From Octopus vulgaris (Eukaryota), in contig OX597838.1 of NCBI GenBank assembly GCA_951406725.2, positions 25,420,001 to 25,484,000 of the forward strand: a stretch of DNA of 64,000 bases, given 5' to 3'. A program made the translations under genes and the position numbers. Of the stretch, positions 53,381-64,000 are shown piece after piece (positions within the stretch are counted from its first letter, which is position 1; every line of letters starts with the position of its first letter). Below the pieces are notes generated by a model, which did not search any database, was not told the origin of the DNA, and saw only the letters and a list, made by a program, of their open reading frames with translations.

Positions 53381-53459
53381 TATCTTACTCACTCACACAT
53401 AGGATCTCTATAAAGCCCTTAAATGCAATTCTAAATTTCTCTTAACTTTAGAAATTACC

Positions 53460-53605
53460 AGGGGTATTGCCAACTGGATACTAGCTGGAGCTTGATAAAA
53501 CCCTGGCTGGGTTGCCAGGGTGAGGCTGTTTTATCTTGAGAGACCCCAAACACCTAATGACTCTAGGTAGCACCACTGTCAATGTGTCCAGATGCACCAC
53601 AGGAC
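53460..53605 (+). mobile_element. Possible Hero-like LINE 3' UTR fragment
   Basis: ccctggctgggttgcc...gagagaccccaaacacctaatgactctagg...cactgtcaatgtgtccag resembles Hero 3' ends as recalled. Unverified. Confidence 0.35.
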
Positions 53606-53765
53606 AATGTAAAGAAGTAGTTCCACATAAATGCTAGAATTCATTTTTTAAGCTTGATACTTATTCAGTCGTTTTCTCACTAAGTTATGGTGACATAAAC
53701 AAACCAACACTGGTTGTCAAGTGGTAGGAAGGAAGACACGCGCACAAACACACTGATATATTTAG

Positions 53766-53825
<60 letters not shown>

Positions 53826-54032
53826 CAGGCTTCTTTCAGTTTCTGTCTACCAAATCAATTCACAGGGCTTTGGTCAGGTTGAGGTTATAGTAGAAGACAG
53901 CTGTGCAGTGTGCCACGCAGTGGGACTGAACCTGGAACCATTTGGGAGTAAAGTTAAAGAAATGTTAAAAATTGCTCAAGGTCTATATAAAGGTCCTGTG
54001 TATATGTGTGTATATGTATAATTATGTGTATG

Positions 54033-54063
<31 letters not shown>

Positions 54064-54088
54064 GTATATATGCATGTATGCATATGTA

Positions 54089-54396
54089 CAGGGTGGGCCA
54101 AAAGTCACGCACAGTATAAGTTCAATATGCCTTGGAATTGTCAAAAACATGCTTCAATTTTTCTAAAATTAAGTAAAATAATGATGAATACACATGTACA
54201 TGAAGAACAAAATAAATAACAACAATGACAATGATAATAATAATAATAATAATAATAATTAATTCTTTTATTGGCCACAAGGGCTGACAAAAATTAATTA
54301 TAACAAAAAAGGGACAAAACAGGACGAAAGAATAATCATAATAATGTAACATAAATAAAATGCCAAGTGTTGATGCATAACATTTGGTCCACCGTG
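54089..54396. mobile_element. Tc1/mariner-type MITE with both TIRs and a TA target duplication
   Basis: Ends are TA|cagggtgggccaaaagtcacgca and tgcataacatttggtccaccgtg|TA. Confidence 0.8.
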
Positions 54397-54590
54397 TATG
54401 TATATATTATGTATATATATATATATATGTGTGTGTGTGTATGTGTGTATGTATATAAGTATACATACACATGTCCACACATATAATATATGGTTACATA
54501 TATATGTCTATATGTGCGTATATATGCATACGAGTGTGTGTATACACACACTCGTATAATATATACAGGGGATGTTTTCATCTGTATTTT

Positions 54591-54630
<40 letters not shown>

Positions 54631-54863
54631 AACAAGCCATACATCTCTGTTCAACCATGTCTTTCTGACCAACCGTTTCTGTACGTGCGTGTGTGTGTGT
54701 GTTTGTGTACGCGCAATGACCAGTTGCACACTGCAAGCTGCAGCACTGTGCAACTGGTAGCAATTCAATCATGTGATTTCTCTTCCAGTCGGTTTTCACG
54801 TGAGACACTGGAATTTCTGGTCGGTTCTATACAAATGCTGCTACTACACGTCTCTAAGTGGAC

Positions 54864-54911
<48 letters not shown>

Positions 54912-54960
54912 GGACAATTACGCACTAACACTCCCGCATTTACACAGGCAATTGTAAACA

Positions 54961-54993
<33 letters not shown>

Positions 54994-55182
54994 ATGCACG
55001 TTTATAGGCATGAATGCATGTGTGCATCCCTCACACACAGATGTTCACGAATCCTTACGCCTCCCTTCCACATTAACAGCTCTGTCTGTGTTTGTGTGTG
55101 TATATCTTTAGATATGTATGTGTATATAAGTACTTCTATGTATACGTCTGTCTGTATGTGTGTTTGTTTATATGTGTATGTA

Positions 55183-55229
<47 letters not shown>

Positions 55230-55353
55230 GTGTGTATGTGTATGTATATATTTGTAAGTGAGTATGTATATATATATATATATATATATCTCTCTCTATA
55301 TATATATCTAATGAGTGTGTATGTATATGTATGTATATGCATGTGTGTGTGTA

Positions 55354-55395
<42 letters not shown>

Positions 55396-55457
55396 GGGTT
55401 TGTATGTATATATGATGTACATGTGTATACAGACATGTATATATACATGTATCTGTA

Positions 55458-55496
<39 letters not shown>

Positions 55497-55531
55497 TTAT
55501 GTGTGTATATATGCATGAGTATATTTATGTG

Positions 55532-55571
<40 letters not shown>

Positions 55572-55655
55572 TTACAATTGAATAAACAAGGACTATACAA
55601 AGAATTCAATATTAGTTATGCAATTATCAGCTAGAGTGCAGTCCCTGTACATTAG

Positions 55656-55691
<36 letters not shown>

Positions 55692-55964
55692 TGAGTGAGT
55701 GTATGTGTATGTGTGTGAAGATGAAGTTGTATTCAAGTATAAAATGGGTAAAGTCAAATATAGCCATACGCACACATTGCACATACACCCTCGCATCTAT
55801 TGACTCACACACACACACACGCACTCACACACACACATATGATTGCATATGTGAAGACATATACACTTGGACATTATGACATTCGTATTGTCTCAGCTGC
55901 TGGCATACACACACACACACTCTCACACACAATGCCCATCCACCAACAAACACTTACATACTCT

Positions 55965-56014
<50 letters not shown>

Positions 56015-57036
56015 CCTGTATCCATATACATGGCTTTGTGTCTATTTTATGTGTGTGTGTGTGTGTTTGTATGTGTACACACATACATATAATATATGCG
56101 TGTATGTATATGTGTGTGTGTGTTAAATTTTAATACACTGGACTATATATAGCCCTGTGTATTATGCGTATACATTGTTCACCCACACACGGTGTCTTGT
56201 ACGCTTAAAATTTACAGTGCGCCCTCCACCCCACTTTCTGCACCCCCACATACACACACAAATGAATGCAAGTGCACTTGCACTTATATACACACACGCA
56301 TACACACTCACTTAAACTCTCTCCTCACATTGTTTCTTCTGTCTTTCTACCTCTCTTTTCATACTCTTACTTTCACCCTCTCTCTCTCTCCCTATTCTCT
56401 GTGTGTCTCTCTCTCTTCTATTCCTCTCTCTCTTTCCACATGCTCTCTTTCTCTTCCTCCCACTTTCACTCCCTTTATCTCTTCATACTCCTACTCTTCC
56501 CCTCCCTCCCATCATCTCCTCTTCTTCCTCCCCCTCTCTTCATTCTTTGCATTTCACATTGTCTTTCTCTTCACTCCTCCTCCCCCTCTCTTTCATACTC
56601 ATGCTCCTCCTCTCTCCTCTTACACCTATTCCTCTCATTCTCCTCATCCTCTCGCTAATAAATTAACCCAGTATGGGTGACCTCCAGAGATGTTACCCAG
56701 AGTTGTTATACAAGCTTGTAACCTAAGTAATGGATAAGCCAACGATTTTAATTTAATTAGAGGTAAAAATCGTGTATCATTCCGTTTCTCAGGACCTTAC
56801 CTGCCTAAGTAATCCAGTGTATGACCCCCAAATATTCCATCGCTAAGCCCTTAAAAACTCTCCTGACCCCTCAGGAGTACCTCTCTACTATCCCCCAGCC
56901 AACTTGTATTAATAAACTAAAGAGAGAGCCTGTACATGGTTGGTTGATTTGCTAGAAACAGTGACAAAATATGCCTGTAAGTTCAACCCTTGCCTCCTAT
57001 CATCTATGGAAAGGATACATTATGTAATGTGTTCTT

Positions 57037-57425
57037 GAGTTCATTACACATAATGTGAAGATGGGATGGCCACATCTGGAATGTCTTCTATTACAGATTT
57101 GCACCATCAAGACTGACCTAGAGCTGAATAATTTCTCTGATCGTGAGTTCATTATACATAGTGTAAAGATGGGGTGGCCACATCTGGAATGTCTTCTTTG
57201 CACTATAAGGACTGACCCAGAGCTAAAATACCTCTCTGATCTCAAGTTCATTACACATAGTGTAAAGATGGGGTGGCCACATCTGGAATGTCTTCTTTGC
57301 ACTATAAGGACTGACCCAGAGCTAAAATACCTCTATGATCTCAAGTTCATTACACATAGTGTAAAGATGGGGTGGCCACATCTGGAATTTCTTCTATTAT
57401 AGATCTACACCATCTGGACTGACTT
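57037..57425. repeat. Tandem repeat with units of 108, 99 and 99 bp plus a partial unit
   Basis: Units start at 57037, 57145, 57244 and 57343 (agttcatta.acata.tgt.aagatggg.tggccacatctggaat). Confidence 0.95.
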
Positions 57426-58199
57426 AAGGTTAAATAGCCTTCTCTCTTTCCCCACCATGGGTAATTCCACCTTTGGTGTTTGCCACTTGATTTGCTCACA
57501 TTGAGTATCTTTCTAGTATTCTGATAGTCCTCTTATAACTCTTACTTCTCCAACCAAAACTTACAAGGTGTTAGCTAATCCAAGAGGCCTGGTCTTAGGA
57601 GACACTTGCTCCTGTCATGTGCTGGAAACCTGGATCTATGTGATTGCAAAGAGAAGTGGGAAGTTTAACATATGGCTATGCATGAGCCTTATAAGTGGTG
57701 GCTGTGTATATACATATATACATAAATATATATACATATGTATGTATGTATTTATATTGTGTATGTGCATATATATTTATGTATATATATATACATATAT
57801 AATCACCATTATCACCATTTAACATCCGTTGTCCATGCTAACATATATTCTGTGTGTGTGTGTGGTGTGTGTGTGTGTATTTCTGTGTGTGTGAAGATGA
57901 AGTTGATTGGTACTTCAAGTTTTGTTTACCGGCGCCACACTGTGGGTGACATTTGGGGTCCCAGTATAGAATGGACCCATTGGTAAATGTTCCATCAGTA
58001 TTTTTAGAAAAACAACTTTATTTTAGTGCTCTGCACTAAAATAAGGTTGTACACACCATACAAACACATACATACATGCATATATTTAAGAATATATGTG
58101 TATGTTTGTACATGTGTGTGAATGTTTATATCTATCTCTTTCTCTCTCTCTCTCTCTCGCTCTCTCTTTATATATATATGTGTGTGTGTATGTGTGTGT

Positions 58200-58572
58200 A
58201 TAGGCGTAGATGTGGCTGTGTGGTAAGAAGCTTGCTTCCGAACCACATGGTTCCAGGTTCAGTCCTGTTGTGTGATACCCTTGGGCAAGTGTCTTCTACT
58301 ATAGCCTCGGGTCGATCAAAGCCCTGTGAGTGGATTTGGTTGGCAGAAACTAAAAAATAGCCTGTTGTGTGTGTGTGTGTGTGTCCATTGCCATTTAACA
58401 ACCGGTGTTGGTGTGCTTACATCCCCATAACTTAGCAGTTCAACAAAAGAGACTGATAAGTACTAGGCTTTAAAAAAATACATCCTGGGGTCGATTTGTT
58501 CAACTAAAACCCTTCAAAGCAGTGCTCCAGCATGGCCACAGTCAATTGACTGAAACAAGTAAATGGATAAAA

Positions 58573-58575
<3 letters not shown>
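58200..58575 (+). mobile_element. SINE family A, near full length
   Basis: Runs from the head taggcgtagatgtggctgtgtggtaag to the tail gactgaaacaagtaaa. Confidence 0.9.
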
Positions 58576-58633
<58 letters not shown>

Positions 58634-59236
58634 TGTATGTATGTATGTATATGTATATAGATGTGTATATGTATATACCTCTGTGTATACACACAGGCAG
58701 AATCTCAAAAGGCCAGTATCGGTCACCTTCTGATACTCTGCCCTTCCTTCCTCAATGTCCACTTAAATACAGACAGTGGACCAGCTGCCCGCCCAGAACG
58801 GAGCATAAGGCAGGCGTTATCTGCTCCTTCCAACTTGTAGAGGGGAACTGCCTGAAATGTCTTCACTGTGTCTAGCAACAGCATCAGCAGCAACATCAGC
58901 AGCAGCAGTAGTAACAGCAGGGACAAACAAACACTGACTGTTGCTGCTGCAGCTGCTGCAGCTGATATCGATGTGCACATATTATTACTAGAGCTGTAAA
59001 AACAGCTCAGCTACAGTAGTAGCACTGTGCTGTATTGATTTCATGTTGTTTGTTTGTTTGGTTTTATTGTTTTTGTTGTTTAGGCATCACTCGATGGATG
59101 GATGGATGGCTGGATGGCTGGCTGGCTGGAGGGATGGATGGATGGAGGGATGGATGAAGGGATTGATGAAGGGGAGGGAGGGATGGATGGATGGAGGGAT
59201 GCATGATTGGTTGGACTGACTGGTATAGATAGATTG

Positions 59237-59268
<32 letters not shown>

Positions 59269-60632
59269 GATAGAGAGATGCAGAGTGAGAGAGGAGGGAG
59301 AGAGTGATGGAGTGAGGTAGAGTTATTGAGTTTTATTGGAAAAGCAAAAGGCGTTCTCTTACATCCACAATTACTCAACTGGTTGCTTTCCTCCAACACT
59401 GAATAAATAAATAGATGAATGAATATTTGCTGTTGTTGTTGTTAATTATATTTGCCATCATCAACATCACCGTGACGTTCTGAGTTCAAATCCCACTGAG
59501 ATCAACTTTGCCTTTCATCCTTGTAGGACTCCATAAAATAAAGTGCCCCTGTCAAGAACTAAGGGTCTATATTATCTGATGTCCCTTTATCCCTTTTTTA
59601 CGGCTTTGTACCTATGTAAGGCATCGTTTAGGGTGGTGGATTGGATGAACTGTTATAATGCTTCACAGCATTTGATCCAGCTCTTTGGATTTTGAGTTCA
59701 AATCCTTCTGAGGTGAAAGCTTTGCTTTTTATCCTTCTGCGGGGAAATAAAGCATCCGGGTACTTATTTGAGGTGCTGACATAGCTGTGTGATAAGAAGC
59801 TTTCTTCCAACCACATGGTTCTGGGTTCAGTCCCACTGCATGGCACACTTGGGCAAATGTCTTCTACTGCATACATTATGGACTTCTTTCAATGTCCAGT
59901 TTCTAAATCCCTTCACAAGGCTTTGGTTGGCCTGGGGCTATAGTAGAAGACATTTGCTCAAGGTGTCCTGCAGTGGGACTGAACCTGGAGTCATATGGTT
60001 GAGAAGCAAACTTCTTACCACACAACCATGCCTGCATCTATACTTGTTTCTCTATCTCTGTCTCTTTTCTCTCTTTTTCCTCACATTCTTTATCTGATGA
60101 AGCTTTATTCTCTCAATTCTGCTGATATATATTTTTGCTTTATTATCTTAAAAAAAAGGAAGGTAGTCAAGCCATTGTCTTCTTCATTTGTTTCACTTTT
60201 GGTGGTCTTGTGGAATGTCCCACTAGGCTTTATTGGCACATTACAGAGGCACTGTGCCATTGGTTTCTTCTGGAACTCAATCTATCCCATTAGTGGAATT
60301 GAACTTGGTGTATCCAACAAACTTCCATTCAGTTTCCATCTACCAAATTCTACTGAAAAGGCATCAGTCATCCCAAGGCTATAAGACAGTTGCCCAAGAT
60401 TCAACATACTCAATGTTCCACATGGCTGCAGTACCATTTATCTAAGTTTCCACTTTCCAAAGCCTGTACATGCTGGGATACCACTTGCCCAAGGCACCAC
60501 ATGCTCAGGGTGTCATTTGTCCAAAGTCCACATACCCAAAGTGTTGCTAGAATTGAACTCAGGACCACATGGTTGGGAAGTTGACTTCTTGATCACAACT
60601 GTTGATATTTCTTTCCAAATGTTATGAAATCA

Positions 60633-60900
60633 TCTATAATAATGAAAGCAAAATTCTGTCTGTCTGTCCACCTGGGACCCCTGTATCTCAGTTTACATTT
60701 GCTCAATGTAGACATATTATAACCTTTTTGGAATCAGGATGGTCCCAGGATTGAAAATCTGCCCTTCATTTGGTTCTTGACCATCCAGCATTGGGATCAG
60801 GTCTGGATGAGGATTTGTTATATGCTAACAGTTGAACATTCCAATTTTAAAAGAACTCCAATAATTTGTGAACTTAGAAGCTTTTCATTTAAACTGAATT
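60633..60900 (+). mobile_element. Possible Helitron-like 5' end fragment
   Basis: a|tctataataatgaaagcaaaattctgtctgtctgtcc resembles the TC-start plus (ctgt)n 5' ends of non-autonomous Helitrons. No 3' CTAG hairpin was confirmed. Confidence 0.35.
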
Positions 60901-62932
60901 TAAAGTAATACCATATTAGTAGGGTAATACCATATTGGTAGGGTACCAATAAATGCTTTTTTATTATTTCCCTCTTTAGTTTTGGGTTGCAGGCTCAATT
61001 AGCCCTCCATAGGAGCTAGCCTAAAAGTCTGCATGGAGTGTGGTTTTTAAGGTAGTAATAAATACAATTAAAGCAAAAACGGAAAAGAGATTTTTGAAAG
61101 ATTGCTTTGGTCCAGTGCTGGAACACCTGTCGTATTTACAGGAGATGTGGGTTCAAGCCTCGCAAAAAACCTTCATCTTTTACTTTCCAAAGGAGGTTTT
61201 TAACCTGTTATTATTTGTAACTTTATCTGCTTCAAGACCCACCGTTCTGAAAAAGCAAAAAAAGAATAAATGGTTCCTCCACTCTTTTCTGTTTTCCATT
61301 TCAATTTAAAAAAAGAATTGCTTTTTTTAATTTTCTAAATTAATTTGGTTGAGAAATCAATTATTTCTTTGTTTCTATTTGTTTTTGTTTAGGTTTCTTT
61401 GTGTTCTTGTATTTAATTGTTTGTTTGTGTTTTTCCTGGTTTTTGACATTTTCCAAAGAATATTGGAAATCAAAGTAGACATAGGTCAGTGTTAAAACTA
61501 GTAAGAGGATGATAGTGGTGTGGGTAGTGGTGATGGTGGCGGTAGCAGTGGTGGTGGTGGTGGTGGTGGTAACAGAGAAAGTTACTAATGGTTGGTGGTA
61601 GTGATGGTGGTAATGGTGTTGGTCGTTGGTGATAATTAATGGCAGAGTAGTGTTCTTGTTTCTTGTAAGGTTGACCTTTTGCTTAAACCAAATGTTTTGG
61701 AGTGAACCAGAAGCCGGTGAGAAGGGAACCGGTTGTGCACAGTCACTAGCAAAGTGAAAACCCACTTGTGTAATGCATTAATCTATCTTCATTTCTCTCC
61801 CTCCCTCTCACTCTCTATCTACATATCTATCTATCTATATATATTCATATTCTTAACTCTCTATCTCAATATATATATATATCTTCCAATCTCTGTCTGT
61901 CTCCTCTTTCTCTTCTTTTTTCTCTCTCTTTCTCACTCACACTTGTATATAAATTTACTCACTGTTTTGTTATTAGAAAACCACTTAGAATCACACTAGA
62001 AGCTGGAAATAAACCTCTCCTCCTACCATCCCCCATAAAAAATATCTTTGGCATTCTGGTAGATGACGATGTACTGAATGATGTATGCAAAAAAAAAAAA
62101 AAAAAATTATATATAAAAAGACAACACAAAAAAAGAATCTTAATAAATTGAAATTTGCCTTTTAGTGGGAGAAAGAAGACAGAAACTTATTGGTAACTTT
62201 ATGAGTGTGGCTGTGTGGTTAAGACATTTGTTCACTTTAAAGCCTTGCAGTTTCAGGTTCGATCCCACACTAGTGCAGCACTTGGGACACATAAGCGTCA
62301 TCTGCTAAAGCTCTGAATTTGTTAGATGGAAGCTGTACAGAAGCTTGCTCTTTGCATGTGCATACACACACACACACACAAAGAACAAATAGCGAGGGAT
62401 TATCAATCTGGGGAAAATACTTCATAAACTCTCTGTTGGCACACCGGGCTTAACAATATTGTTTAGATTAGTGAAGAACTCCAAGTAATCTTTTGGTAGA
62501 GTTCCAAGTTATGGTTCATCACAATTCTGTATTGTAAATCTGTGGATGGGCTCCACATACACTGGTTTTTATGGGGTTATATGTAAGAAAGAAGTTAAAA
62601 ATAATGGTCATCATCATCATCATTGTTTAACGTCCGTTTTCCATGCTGGTATGGGTTGGACAGTTTGACTGAAGTTTGGAAAGCCAGCGGCTTCACCAAG
62701 CTCCAGTCTGATCTGTTTCTACTTCTGGATGACCTTCCCATGGCCAATTTCTCTATTAGAGCAAATTTGGCTTACAGCTGTTTCCAGTAGTCATTATAGG
62801 TACATTACTGATAGGTTTACTCCTCATATCAAGATAAACAGCGCTTGACCTTGCAGGTGGGGCCCAGTTAAAATTTTCTTTAGGTTGAGTGGCCCCTGCT
62901 GAAAAAGTCCCCGAATAAGGTTTGTTTAAGGA

Positions 62933-63418
62933 ATTTTTGAAGGATGCAGTGTCCTGACAGCTACCATCAAAGTGACACTGGGGTAAAATATATGAAGCCC
63001 AGTATACCCATCATGACTACCGTCTGATAAGGGTACACTAGGCACATGCATCACAACCATATGTGCGTAACATGGTGATCTCATATCAAGATAAACAGCA
63101 CATGACCTTGCAGGTGGGGCCCAGTTAGAATTTTCTTCTGGTTGAGTAACCCATCTCGCTCAAAAGGTCACTGAATAAGGGTCGTTTAAGGATGTTGAAC
63201 AAAACACCCATGTTTCCAGAGGTGAATTATTCAAACACCAAAGAATTCCTTTCAACGCATGGCTATGATGCTGTCCCACTAATCCTGCTCGTGATCAGAG
63301 ATGCATATATCATCAGCCACTAAGGGACATGCTCAACTGGTTAAGGTCAAGCAACTGACAAGCAAAAATCTGTAGTATTGAGAAGAATATTTGCTGTTAG
63401 CCCCATCTTTTATACCAA
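62933..63418 (-). mobile_element. Interspersed repeat family E, copy 2 (inverted), preceded by a partial internal duplicate at about 62823-62932
   Basis: Reverse complement of 30698-31180. The motif ctcatatcaagataaacagc...cttgcaggtggggcccagtta occurs twice. Confidence 0.85.
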
Positions 63419-64000
63419 GACAAAACATGTACATGATAACACTTCCAATCAGTTAAGATCAAAAGTCATGAGAGTCAGTGCCTGCTACTGCTTCAGGAAT
63501 AGGTACCGTTTCTATTATTATTCATGGAGAGCATACGTTAAATGATGATGATGATGATGATGCAGCAACTTTGCTTGGGAGCATAGCAAAGCACCAGCTG
63601 TCCACAACCAATGGAATACAGTGACACTCATCATTCAGATTCTGAGAACTCTGCAGAGAATTCATGCTGTTCCAAACAACACCGTTTCCTGTAAATGCTG
63701 TTTTCCTATTTACTCCTATTATTTCAATCCAATTTTCTGAGTTTTGGTACTTAGAGTTCCCAAGGCTCCAACAACAACAACAACAACAACAGTTCCACTC
63801 ATATCTTTTTCAATGGCCGCAGTCTTTTTATCTCCTACTTCATATCATCTCACTTGACCTGCTTCTCGTCTTCCCGTTTCGTTACTCTCTCATTATCAGA
63901 ACGTGCAGTATCCATGATTAAACAGGTTTTCCACCTCTTTATTCACAACCACTATATCCGGCTTTCAATGTTCAATTTCATGGTGCATTGGATCATTATA

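Larger units (their letters stand above)
42027..64000 (+). other. Very long intron downstream of the syntaxin exon (3' end outside the window)
   Basis: Starts with GTAAGT. No exon encoding the following .KEELEELM.DIK segment was found by eye. Confidence 0.7.

Noticed and set aside
34283-61706. Shared 13-mer gttttggagtgaa at 34283 and 61694
   Set aside because: Dozens of 13-mer matches are expected by chance in 64 kb, and the match does not extend.

Overview
Repeat-dense, AT-rich eukaryotic genomic DNA, most likely from an octopus or another coleoid cephalopod. That assignment is inferred from the SINE families, the extreme microsatellite load and a syntaxin exon close to squid syntaxin as I recall it. 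The only host coding sequence I can support is one 100-nt internal exon of a syntaxin-1 gene on the + strand (41927-42026, Habc helix a). I found no neighbouring exons, so the window appears to be >41.9 kb and >21.9 kb of intron. The introns contain several tRNA-derived SINE families, decayed RTE, CR1 and probably Hero LINE ends, mariner and DD37D/maT relics, piggyBac-, Tc1- and hAT-type MITEs, and micro- and minisatellites. Nearly all ORFs in the supplied track are microsatellite artefacts. Three observations stand out. (1) Several minimal hammerhead-ribozyme motifs with palindromic stem III sit in Penelope-like remnants beside (TA)n tracts. One is intact on the syntaxin sense strand, and a five-copy variant family has an atypical core and one covarying stem-I pair. 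(2) The intron start after the exon could give a truncated, tail-anchored syntaxin by read-through and intronic polyadenylation. (3) Many fold-back structures are candidate ADAR substrates. Repeat boundaries were read by eye and are approximate, and no database searches were run.
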